Sequence record: BK061477.1
From: Pseudomonas phage vB_PaeS-D14C
Direction: 5' to 3' (one strand)
DNA: 38,595 nucleotides
Shown: piece after piece, positions 6,948 through 15,335 of the stretch
How the letters are laid out: each line of letters starts with the position of its first letter
Position numbering within the stretch: position 1 is the first letter of the stretch
Made by a program: the position numbers and the translations under genes
The notes under the pieces: model-generated
What the model saw: the letters and a program-made list of their open reading frames with translations, nothing else
What the model was told of the DNA's origin: nothing
Database searches by the model: none

Positions 6948-8337
6948 GCGTCCGCTGGTAGCGATGGAAGCTGAGCAGGGTGTGCTTGGCGCGCTGATGA
7001 AGAAACCGGAACTGTGCGAGGTTGTTGGGGCTTTCCTTTCCCCGACCGACTTCAGCCATGCCGACAACTCGGTGATCTACAGCCTGATCCTTGCCTGTCA
7101 TTCGAAGGCCATCGTGCCTGACCCGCTTTCTCTGGCGGAGGCTAGGTCGGAGCTTCCAAGTGGCGCCTTTACGCTTGCATACGCCAACGATCTATGGCGC
7201 GAGGTTGTAAGCACAGCTAGCGCCGAAAACTTCGCCAGGATTGTCGTCGAGCGTGCAAAGGCTCGGGAGCTGTACGAAGCGGGCGAACGGATCATGAACA
7301 TCGCCCTTCAGAGAGGGAAAATCCCGGACCAGGTGGCTGAAGCGCAGAGCATCGTTCTCGATCTCAACGCCCAGGACGAGACTCCTGATGTGGTAACGCT
7401 GCGCGAGGCAATGCTCCCAGTCTTCGACGAAATGGAAGTTCGCTGGAAGGGAACTCAGTCGGTCGGACTGAAGTTCAACCTGCCAGACCTTGATGCCGCT
7501 ATCCAGGGATTGCGTCCCGGCAACCTGGCAATTATCGCTGGTCGGCCTGGCACGGGTAAGACGGTTCTCGGCGTGGGTATTGCTGACGAAATTGCCGTTC
7601 GCAACCGGGGCGCCGCGTTGATCTTCTCGCTGGAGATGTCTCAGGCCGAACTTGCAAAGCGTTCGCTCGCATCGCTTTCTGGTGTTTCACAAGCGGCGAT
7701 CGACTCGGGCAAAGCGCTGGAGTGCCAGGACTCTATTGCACGCATGACTGCCGCAGTGGACCAAGTCTCCAGGGGTGATGTGCGAATTTGCGACAAGGGA
7801 GGACTGACTTTCAGTCGGATCTGCTCCATCGCCCGATTCCAGCATCGAGCAAAGCCGCTGAGCCTGATCGTTATCGACTATCTCGGGCTTATCACCTCCG
7901 ATCCGAGTCACCGTCATCAGAACCGAAACCAAGAACTTGGCGCCATAAGCCGAGGGCTCAAGGCTCTCGCCAAAGAGCTTGGCATTCCAATTGTCGCGCT
8001 TGCTCAGCTCAATCGGAGCATCGAAACCCGGGCCGACGCCAAGCCCAAAATGAGCGACCTGCGCGATTCCGGCGAGATCGAACAAGACGCCGACGTGATC
8101 ATCATGGCTCACCGGGATATGAGCACTGAGCGTGGACAGAACGGTATCACCGAGCTTGATGTCGTGAAGTGTCGCCACGCAAAGCCGGGCTTCTGCCTGT
8201 TGCAGTTCCAGGGCGAGTTCGCGCGCTTCGTCAGTTGCGCCCAGGACCGGGAAGAGCAGCAGGAACAGACGGTTCGTCCGCAGCGTCCTTCCGCGCGATC
8301 AATGGTCGCCGACTTCAAGCCGCGAGGTGCCCAATGA
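6937..8337 (+). CDS. dnaB: DnaB-family replicative helicase, 466 aa.
   Basis: Walker A GRPGTGKT, the SLEMS motif, a DnaB N-terminal domain and the C-terminal motif LAQLNR. Confidence 0.9.
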   Translation: MPHERPLVAMEAEQGVLGALMKKPELCEVVGAFLSPTDFSHADNSVIYSLILACHSKAIVPDPLSLAEARSELPSGAFTLAYANDLWREVVSTASAENFARIVVERAKARELYEAGERIMNIALQRGKIPDQVAEAQSIVLDLNAQDETPDVVTLREAMLPVFDEMEVRWKGTQSVGLKFNLPDLDAAIQGLRPGNLAIIAGRPGTGKTVLGVGIADEIAVRNRGAALIFSLEMSQAELAKRSLASLSGVSQAAIDSGKALECQDSIARMTAAVDQVSRGDVRICDKGGLTFSRICSIARFQHRAKPLSLIVIDYLGLITSDPSHRHQNRNQELGAISRGLKALAKELGIPIVALAQLNRSIETRADAKPKMSDLRDSGEIEQDADVIIMAHRDMSTERGQNGITELDVVKCRHAKPGFCLLQFQGEFARFVSCAQDREEQQEQTVRPQRPSARSMVADFKPRGAQ

Positions 8338-8453
8338 AACGCTCCTGGACCGTAGTCGTAGGCGCCAAGCGCTTCACGATGATTCTGATGGAGGACTGCG
8401 ACCCGGTAGAGGTCGTGAAGAGCATCTGGCCTGAAGGGAGGATCGAGCAGTGA
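8334..8453 (+). CDS. Small ORF, 39 aa, ATGA-overlapping the helicase stop.
   Basis: Translational coupling geometry only. Confidence 0.3.
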   Translation: MKRSWTVVVGAKRFTMILMEDCDPVEVVKSIWPEGRIEQ

Positions 8454-8476
8454 CGCCAGCAAAACAGGAGTCCCTC

Positions 8477-8959
8477 ATGCAGGGACAGACCGGCATCGCG
8501 AAGAAGGTCTACGAGTGCGTACCGATCTCTGAGCCCTGGCGTTCGTTCCAGGTGCTGACCGCGCTCCGCAACATGACCGGAAGCACGCCGGACGTTCGGA
8601 TTGTCCAGGGCTGTCTGCGCGATCTGGTCGATTCCGGACTGATCCGCCGCACTGGTACTGACCACTACCAACGAATCCAAGTCGAGAAAAAGACCAAGCC
8701 TCTGGAGCCGAAGATGGCGGAGCCCACGAAGAAGATCGAAACCAAGCCCGAGCCAAAACGCTCCTCTTCCCCGCTGGAGATGCTGGGCGAACTGGCAAAC
8801 GAGCTCGCCGGCATGGCCGAGCACATGAAGCGCCTGTCTGATCGCATCGAGGACGTCGCTCTGGCAGTCGAGCAGGAACGCGAATCGAACGCTAAGTCGA
8901 TGGAAAGTTATCGCCAGCTCAAGGCACTACTGAAGAGCCTGCAAGGGGAGGGCGAGTGA
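8477..8959 (+). CDS. Hypothetical phage protein, 160 aa.
   Basis: AGGAG lies 7 nt upstream of the ATG at 8477. Track ORF 8450..8959. Confidence 0.5.
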   Translation: MQGQTGIAKKVYECVPISEPWRSFQVLTALRNMTGSTPDVRIVQGCLRDLVDSGLIRRTGTDHYQRIQVEKKTKPLEPKMAEPTKKIETKPEPKRSSSPLEMLGELANELAGMAEHMKRLSDRIEDVALAVEQERESNAKSMESYRQLKALLKSLQGEGE

Positions 8960-8960
8960 C

Positions 8961-9161
8961 GTGGATATCGTAGACATCGCCAACGACTACGCCGAGCGTG
9001 AACTCGCTGAACGCCTGTACTCCCGAGTCAAGTACGTCGGCGAGAGCCTGTCCGAATGTGAAGACTGCGGCGAGGAGATCCCGGTAGCGCGGCGTTCGAT
9101 CATCCCTGGCGTTCGTAAATGCCGGGACTGCGCTGAACGGGCTGAGCGGAGGGCTGTGTGA
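8961..9161 (+). CDS. TraR/DksA-family C4 zinc-finger protein, 66 aa, GTG start.
   Basis: CEDCGEEIP...CRDCAE is a C4 zinc finger. AAGGGGAGGG lies upstream of the GTG start. Confidence 0.6.
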   Translation: MDIVDIANDYAERELAERLYSRVKYVGESLSECEDCGEEIPVARRSIIPGVRKCRDCAERAERRAV

Positions 9162-9412
9162 TGCCGAACTATCGCAAGCCAGACATGTACTCTGGTGCCG
9201 ATTGGGAGATGGTTCAGGGCTACATGGCCGGCAAGGACGGCCTGCGCGCCCAGCGCTCGACGGCTGCCTACATGCATGGCTATCGCAACGGGGTTTCTGA
9301 TCGGACTGGAATCCCTCATGAGCGGGCAGAAGTTCTTCGCCGTCGCGCAGAGATGATCCCTGGCATCACACCCAATAAAGTTTGGTTCCAGGGGAGGGTA
9401 GGCCGTGGCTGA
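9161..9412 (+). CDS. Hypothetical protein, 83 aa.
   Basis: ORF with an upstream GGAGGG motif, overlapping the previous stop. Confidence 0.45.
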   Translation: MPNYRKPDMYSGADWEMVQGYMAGKDGLRAQRSTAAYMHGYRNGVSDRTGIPHERAEVLRRRAEMIPGITPNKVWFQGRVGRG

Positions 9413-9992
9413 ACTCGCCCTTATCCGTACCGCCCAGGGATTGGTTCCGGCCACGGAGGCTGACCGTGAAACTGTCCAGAAGTGGAAGGCCGGTCAGGTC
9501 GTCCATGGAAAATTCACTCGGATGCGCAACGCCAAATTCCACGGGAAGTTCTTTGCGATGCTGGATTTGGCGTGGGAGTACTGGGAGCCGAAGGGCGGGC
9601 TGGTGCCCCGCCAGGAGATGCGTGGTATCCGCGGGCTTGCCAAGTACTTCGAGGATCTGAATGGCCGCCCTGGCCAGTTGCAGAACGCCGTCGCTGCGTA
9701 TATCGCCAAGCTTGAGGCTGATCGCGCCGACCGCTTCCCCGCAGTCGAGAAGAGCCGCGAGGCTTTCCGGGAGTGGATAACCATCGAGGCCGGTCACTTC
9801 CACCTGATCCATACCCCGGATGGGGTTCGTAAGGAAGCCAAATCGATCAGTTGGGCCAGCATGGACGACTCGGCTTTTGAGCCCCTCTACCGGGATGTGT
9901 TCGCGGCCTGCTGGCGGCTGGTCCTTTCCTCTCACTTCGAAACCGAGGCTGACGCCATGGCGGCGGCTGATCAGATGGGGACTTTCGCATGA
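9405..9992 (+). CDS. DUF1367-like phage protein, 195 aa, GTG start.
   Basis: KFHGKFFAMLDLAW matches the DUF1367 pattern as recalled. GGGGAGGG RBS. Confidence 0.5.
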   Translation: MAELALIRTAQGLVPATEADRETVQKWKAGQVVHGKFTRMRNAKFHGKFFAMLDLAWEYWEPKGGLVPRQEMRGIRGLAKYFEDLNGRPGQLQNAVAAYIAKLEADRADRFPAVEKSREAFREWITIEAGHFHLIHTPDGVRKEAKSISWASMDDSAFEPLYRDVFAACWRLVLSSHFETEADAMAAADQMGTFA

Positions 9993-10258
9993 GCAAGTTC
10001 AAGGCGGGCGATCTCGCTCTTGTAGTAGGCGGCGATCTTTTCTTAGGGCAGCAGGTAGAGGTTCGCAGCTGGGTGAATCCAGGTGATCTCTACCACGTTG
10101 CTAAGGACGGGAGTCACTACTACCTGAACCCTGAGTCTCAGCATTCCGGCTGGTCCGTTACGGACGGCGTTCAGATCGGAGTAAAGCTGGAGCGCAACTT
10201 GATGCCGCTCAAGGGCGACTTCCAGCCCGAGCAGCAGAAGGCGAAGGAGGAGGCATGA
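9989..10258 (+). CDS. Hypothetical protein, 89 aa.
   Basis: ATGA overlap with the upstream gene. Confidence 0.5.
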   Translation: MSKFKAGDLALVVGGDLFLGQQVEVRSWVNPGDLYHVAKDGSHYYLNPESQHSGWSVTDGVQIGVKLERNLMPLKGDFQPEQQKAKEEA

Positions 10259-10413
10259 GTGGATCGAAGGTTGTTCGACTGGCCATCGGAAGCTTGCTGG
10301 TCGCTGCATTGATTGCCTACACGCAAACCTCCACTCCGGTGAACGGATGGATTGTTCTGCTCATGGGGACCGCCACTCTGTGGCTCGGCTACTTCGCGGG
10401 AGAAGAGCTATGA
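10255..10413 (+). CDS. Small two-TM membrane protein, 52 aa (MSGSKVVRLAIGSLLVAALIAY...WIVLLMGTATLWLGYF).
   Basis: Hand-translated; below the 60-aa cutoff of the track. ATGA overlaps on both ends. Confidence 0.35.
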   Translation: MSGSKVVRLAIGSLLVAALIAYTQTSTPVNGWIVLLMGTATLWLGYFAGEEL

Positions 10414-10639
10414 GCCGCAGCTTGTTCTTCCGCGCCATGCGGAGAGTTCCTGTTCGGCCAAGAGCGCTCATTGTCCTGATGATCATGATCGCCTTTGGCT
10501 GGGTGCCGCTTGTGGTGGCCGTATGCGAGGCAGTCGGCGAAGGGGTTCGGGCCTGCCGGCAGGAATCGTCCAGGCTCTACGGTGACTTCAGCAAAGCTTT
10601 CACCGACTGCTGGAAAGCCTTGGTTTCGGGGGAGTCTCA

Positions 10640-10643
<4 letters not shown>
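10410..10643 (+). CDS. Small membrane protein, 77 aa.
   Basis: TM helix ALIVLMIMIAFGWVPLVVAV. ATGA-coupled. Confidence 0.45.
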
Positions 10644-11280
<637 letters not shown>

Positions 11281-11284
<4 letters not shown>

Positions 11285-11853
11285 CTGTCTATCGCGACGC
11301 AGCGCACGCAATCGCTCGAATCATGAGCATCGAGACCATTGACGGGACGAATAAGGCTCTCTGGCAGCAGCAGTATGAATCGGGATATCAGGAAGAGCCT
11401 GTAGCGGCGAATCCCTGCCCACTCAGCGCTCAGGAACGACTGACCCAGGACGCGATGACACGTGCGATGATCCACCGCGAGTTACCGCCATCGCTCTGGT
11501 ATGCGCTGGTTGCAAAGTACAGCATCAATGATGCCGAAGTGGTTGATGCCATCCGCTGGCTTGTTCCAAAGGCGGTCACGCCGGCACATCATCTGTTCCG
11601 CATGAAGTGCGTTACTGCCTGGGCGATCCCGCAGAAGCGCGGCGTGAAGGAGGGCGCCAAGACTTCCCGTCGCGGCCTTCCTGACTCGTTTTATCAGGTG
11701 CACACGTGGGATACCGATGGGACTCCAGAAGGCACTCTGCGGCGCTGGAAGCACCTTACAAACAAGTGGCTTGAGGAGCAGATAGACTTGGCATTCCGAG
11801 AAGTAACCACTTTGTTAGATAAAGATTCGCTTATTGTTCGTATCGCGGCATAA
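11281..11853 (+). CDS. Putative late-gene regulator (Q-like antiterminator candidate), 190 aa.
   Basis: Position only: last gene before a long intergenic region and the tRNA and late genes. No motif recognised. Confidence 0.35.
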
Positions 11854-11858
11854 ACTAT

Positions 11859-11887
11859 TTGACAGTGAGCGAACAAGCGAACAGAAT
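11859..11887 (+). promoter_or_regulatory. Candidate late promoter: perfect TTGACA -35, 17-nt spacer, weak -10 (cagaat).
   Basis: Read directly in the 480-bp lower-GC intergenic region downstream of the Q-like gene. Confidence 0.25.
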
Positions 11888-12330
11888 ATATTCATCTTGC
11901 GGTAATTCCGCATAAAAGAGCCAACGTCGACTTTGTAGCGCGGGTGTGGGAAAAGCGAGGTGAACACCTCAAGTTTCTCTAGCTGCAATTTTGATAGGCC
12001 CAATCGGGCCACCTATCCATAGGGTTGCGACTACGCGGCCGGGATCGCCTTGGACACGCAGGCGTTAAAGTGAAGTGGGAGCCGGTGGAAGCCCGGCACG
12101 GAGTGAATGCGCAGGCTGATGCGCAGCAAGGAATACCCGACTGGATACGATGCTATCCGACACCGCCTTAAGTGGGGGTGACAGCAGGGCCAGTCATGCC
12201 GGAGATCAGCGCCGGTCACTCCAAATCACGCATGCGGCAGAAGAAAGCAAGGGTCACCACTGGTGATCAAGGCGAAAGCCGCGGCTCCTTGCTCTGCGGG
12301 CGTGACGCCGGCTAGTCCGGCACCTATTCC

Positions 12331-12407
<77 letters not shown>

Positions 12408-12418
12408 ACTCGATTCAA

Positions 12419-12493
12419 TGACGTGTAGCTCAGAGGTAGAGCGGTCGGCTGTTACCCGACTGGTCGATGGTTCGATCCCATCCGCGTCAGCCA
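12419..12493 (+). tRNA. tRNA-Asn(GUU), 75 nt with CCA.
   Basis: Hand-folded: anticodon stem gtcgg/ccgac, loop ctgttac, T-arm gatgg ttcgatc ccatc, discriminator G73. Confidence 0.8.
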
Positions 12494-12497
12494 ATAA

Positions 12498-12573
12498 GCC
12501 GGTATGGCGCAACAGGGAGCGCTGCTGATTTGTAATCAGAGGGTTGCGGGTTCGACTCCTGCTGCCGGCACCA
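12498..12573 (+). tRNA. tRNA-Thr(UGU), 76 nt with CCA.
   Basis: Hand-folded: loop tttgtaa, T-arm gcggg ttcgact cctgc, discriminator A73. One G-A mismatch at the top of the anticodon stem. Confidence 0.7.
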
Positions 12574-12581
12574 CACTACAA

Positions 12582-12607
12582 GGCCCAGGCAATGACTTGG
12601 GCTTTTC
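12582..12607 (+). terminator. Rho-independent terminator after the tRNA cluster (gcccag gcaatgac ttgggc ttttct).
   Basis: Hairpin plus T-run read directly. Confidence 0.5.
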
Positions 12608-12627
12608 TGCATCTGGAGTACGTGAAT

Positions 12628-12996
12628 ATGGCCGAGCCGAGTGGTGCGGTAGCAGTCGCCGGCTTGGTCGGTATTGGTGCGTCTGCGTTGATCCCTGGCA
12701 TTGATGCCAATGCAGTGATCGGGGCTTTTGCTGGGGCTATCTTCTTCGTGGTGTATGCCAAGGACATCTCGGCCTGGGCTCGCCTCGGTTACTTCGTCGT
12801 GTCCTGGATCGTTGGCTACTACGTCGCCGGCGAAGTCATCGGGCGGGAGTGGGCAAGGACATCGGGCCTGGTCGCCTTTGGTGGGGCATTGTTCTGCGTC
12901 GCAGTGGGCACCAGCTTGCTGGAGTGGGTGCAGGGGGGGAAGACGCCTGGTTGGCTCCGCTTCATAGCGGACCGCTTTGGAGGTCGTAATGGTTGA
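12628..12996 (+). CDS. Four-TM membrane protein, 122 aa; holin-like candidate.
   Basis: Four hydrophobic helices; first gene after the tRNAs. The ATG at 12628 was chosen because the track ORF start overlaps the tRNA. Confidence 0.45.
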   Translation: MAEPSGAVAVAGLVGIGASALIPGIDANAVIGAFAGAIFFVVYAKDISAWARLGYFVVSWIVGYYVAGEVIGREWARTSGLVAFGGALFCVAVGTSLLEWVQGGKTPGWLRFIADRFGGRNG

Positions 12997-13273
12997 CCCT
13001 TGGACTCTGGTAGCCGCGATGATTTGCGGCGCCATCTGCATGCGGCTGGCGACATACCGCCGGCAAGGCGCGAGGTATCGCCGGGGAGTGTCCTGGCTCG
13101 CATACCTGCTGTGCGTTGGCAGCGGGTGTTTCGCCCTGAGCGTGATGCTCGATGCACTCCACGGCTACAGACTGAATCCTGTCTCCCCCTGGCTGACCCT
13201 GGTCCTGGCAATCCTGCTCGGCCTTGTCTGTCGCGCTCGGGGGAACCTGGCCCACATTCTGAGGGTGTACTGA
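12989..13273 (+). CDS. Two/three-TM membrane protein, 94 aa; possible holin/antiholin partner.
   Basis: Hydrophobic helices LVAAMICGAICM, LAYLLCVGSGCFALSVML and LTLVLAILLGLV. Confidence 0.4.
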   Translation: MVDPWTLVAAMICGAICMRLATYRRQGARYRRGVSWLAYLLCVGSGCFALSVMLDALHGYRLNPVSPWLTLVLAILLGLVCRARGNLAHILRVY

Positions 13274-13506
13274 TGGATGCTCCGCTTCTGCTGAAGAACA
13301 CTGGCACATGCCTGATTTTGTGTGACAGCAACGGGAAGCCGCTCCCTGGACAGCTTTCGTTGAGCGTCAGCAACGACGGCCCTATTCCAACCGTCACGGT
13401 CACGTTCGCACTCGTTAACAAGCGGGTAAGGCTTTGCGGCGAAGAGATGGAGTCGCGCATCTCATACGATGCATATCTTGAGACAATTAAGGGAAGGCGC
13501 AGCTGA
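13273..13506 (+). CDS. Hypothetical protein, 77 aa.
   Basis: ATGA-coupled ORF (MDAPLLLKNTG...). Confidence 0.4.
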   Translation: MDAPLLLKNTGTCLILCDSNGKPLPGQLSLSVSNDGPIPTVTVTFALVNKRVRLCGEEMESRISYDAYLETIKGRRS

Positions 13507-13634
13507 TGACCAAGTGCACCTTCTGCAACAAGACACGCGAATGGGCGAAGAAGTGGGCGCGGGTTGCCGTAGAGCGGGCGGCGTCTGCTATCGCCGCCAA
13601 GCCGAAGCAAGCTGGAGTTGATGATGAGCGATAG
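13506..13634 (+). CDS. Small Cys-containing ORF, 42 aa (MTKCTFCNKTREWAKKW...).
   Basis: Hand-translated; ATGA coupling. Confidence 0.3.
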   Translation: MTKCTFCNKTREWAKKWARVAVERAASAIAAKPKQAGVDDER

Positions 13635-13926
13635 CCAGAAGTCTCTGTTGGTACTCAGCACCGACTTGGTTCTGTCCCAGGAGAGGGCCGAACAGTTGAG
13701 TGAGCGTCTCCAGCCGATAGCGGAGAGCCTTGGTTGCAAGCCTTTAGTCCTGAGTGGCGGTTTTCAGGTCGGCATCCATAGCGATATCCGCCCACTGCTC
13801 GGAGACCTGCTCGGCGAGCAGCGCAAGACCAACCAACTGTTGCACCTGCTGATCCAGGCTCTCGCCGAGGATGGTGATGATCCTGAAGCCGCGCCCACCA
13901 GCTACTTGAGTGGAGAGCCGATCTGA
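13624..13926 (+). CDS. Hypothetical protein, about 100 aa.
   Basis: Track ORF 13618..13926. Confidence 0.4.
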   Translation: MSDSQKSLLVLSTDLVLSQERAEQLSERLQPIAESLGCKPLVLSGGFQVGIHSDIRPLLGDLLGEQRKTNQLLHLLIQALAEDGDDPEAAPTSYLSGEPI

Positions 13927-14177
13927 TGTCGGTATTTATGGGATCCGCCAGGGAGACCCAGATAGCTTCTGTTCGGGTGCGCCGCGGCTGGTTTGGCAAG
14001 CTGTTTGTTCAGGTTCGCTACAAGATAGAGCGCCCCGAAAGCCCGCTCCCTGGCCGGGAGTTGATCTACCACGTATGCGGGCTCTCCCGTTGGCGAGATG
14101 CCAACGCAAATGATTTCGCCGAAGCCCTGATGGTCGCGAAGCTCATCGGGATGTCTGATGAAGGAAATCCCTCATGA
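13926..14177 (+). CDS. Hypothetical protein, 83 aa.
   Basis: Track ORF, coupled to its neighbours. Confidence 0.4.
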   Translation: MSVFMGSARETQIASVRVRRGWFGKLFVQVRYKIERPESPLPGRELIYHVCGLSRWRDANANDFAEALMVAKLIGMSDEGNPS

Positions 14178-14434
14178 AGAGTCACCCGATCCCTGCAGGA
14201 GTCGAGGTCAACACCAATCGGCCCTGGACGCCTGATGACATTGCTGGGTACAGCGGCGAGGTAGTGAGTGCCATGAAGGTTCTCGAGCCTCTGCTGCGCT
14301 CCGGACTGCTGGCGCTCCATCCTGATGAATGGCAAGGCGGAAAGCTCTCGTTCCTCAGACCGGCACAAGCTAGGCGGCAAGGCTGGAACCCGCAGGATCA
14401 GGCAGCCGGCAATCAGGTGTCTGGAAGTGCCTGA
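14174..14434 (+). CDS. Hypothetical protein, 86 aa.
   Basis: Track ORF; the C-terminal part may be non-coding. Confidence 0.3.
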   Translation: MKSHPIPAGVEVNTNRPWTPDDIAGYSGEVVSAMKVLEPLLRSGLLALHPDEWQGGKLSFLRPAQARRQGWNPQDQAAGNQVSGSA

Positions 14435-14471
14435 CCTCCCTCAGCGTCACACCAAGCCAAAGGTCAAGGGA

Positions 14472-14741
14472 GTGACCAAGCACGAGGTAGAGGACAAGGC
14501 ATGGGGGAACGGACGTGGTGGCAGGCCATGGCGTCGTAAGCGAGAGCGCATCCTCAAGCGAGATGGCTACATGTGCCAGTGCCCAGAGTGCAAGGGAATG
14601 AAGAGGATCGCCACAGAGGTGGACCACATCATCCCGCTGAGCCAGGGCGGCACAGACGATGACTCCAACCTGATGGCTATTGCTGGCTACCCGTGTCATG
14701 CGAGGAAGACGGCGAGGGAGTCGGCGGCATCTAGGAAATAG
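14472..14741 (+). CDS. Phage HNH endonuclease of the terminase-associated type, about 89 aa from a GTG start (ORF extends to 14325).
   Basis: YMCQCPECKGMKRIATEVDHIIPLSQGGTDDDSNLMAIAGYPCHARKT is an HNH motif. It sits immediately upstream of the cos and terminase region, as in HK97. Confidence 0.7.
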   Translation: MTKHEVEDKAWGNGRGGRPWRRKRERILKRDGYMCQCPECKGMKRIATEVDHIIPLSQGGTDDDSNLMAIAGYPCHARKTARESAASRK

Positions 14742-14953
14742 TCGGGCTAACCCACCGAGCGGACACGACGATTCGAGATATTTAAGAATAATGGCAGTGG
14801 TTTTCACTAGATTCGTGCGGTTTTACCGAAAAATCGAATTAAATGAGAAAAAGTCTCATTTATAGGGGTGGGGCGGGTCAAAACCTTAGAACCTTTCGCT
14901 AGGACACCGCGCCCCCAACTCTTTTCTCATTTCCACAGAATTTAGGTTTCAAG
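14742..14953. other. Candidate cos / packaging-initiation region: low-GC intergenic stretch with inverted repeat aaatgaga-aaaag-tctcattt, repeated TCTCATTT, and G-rich ggggtggggcgggtc.
   Basis: Sits between HNH and the small terminase, the HK97-type cos location. Repeats read directly. Confidence 0.3.
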
Positions 14954-15334
14954 ATGGCACGACACAAACAGCCGGATGTCGTCGCCAAGTTCAAGGGCGC
15001 CGACAAGAAAAACCCTCAGCGATACCGGAAAGAGTCCGCTCAAGGTGAGGGTGAAATTGGCGATGCGCCGATCCATCTCCAGGGGCCGGCAAGGCTTGCT
15101 TGGGTTGAGCTTTGCTCCCAATCAATCAAGGGCGTCTTGACGGGCTCTGATCGAATCATCCTGGAGGTCACCGCCAACCTGCTTGCTGAGTACAGGTCGA
15201 ATCCATCGGAGTTCGCTGTAGGCAAGTACACCCACCTGATTGGCAACTTGGCGAGGCTTGGGCTAACCCCATCCGACCGCCAGAAGTTCGGCCTGGAAAA
15301 GCCGAAGGAGAAGGACGAGTTCGAGGATTTCTGA
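14954..15334 (+). CDS. terS: Terminase small subunit (P27 family), 126 aa.
   Basis: Size, position, and an N-terminal KRK-rich segment followed by a LAW...L pattern typical of P27-family small terminases. Confidence 0.75.
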   Translation: MARHKQPDVVAKFKGADKKNPQRYRKESAQGEGEIGDAPIHLQGPARLAWVELCSQSIKGVLTGSDRIILEVTANLLAEYRSNPSEFAVGKYTHLIGNLARLGLTPSDRQKFGLEKPKEKDEFEDF

Positions 15335-15335
15335 G

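Noticed and set aside
5579-7067. Minus-strand ORFs 5579..6184 and 6174..7067
   Set aside because: Antisense to the HNH and replication genes, which have clear motifs and coupling.
8109-8824. Minus-strand ORFs 8109..8462 and 8315..8824
   Set aside because: Antisense to the helicase 3' end and the following coupled genes; composition is artefactual.
12487-13041. 184-aa minus-strand ORF
   Set aside because: It overlaps two tRNA genes and the holin-like gene. It is a GC-rich open-frame artefact.
12819-13739. 306-aa minus-strand ORF
   Set aside because: It is antisense to several coupled plus-strand genes, with Ser/Arg/Pro-rich low-complexity translation typical of the non-coding frame of high-GC DNA.
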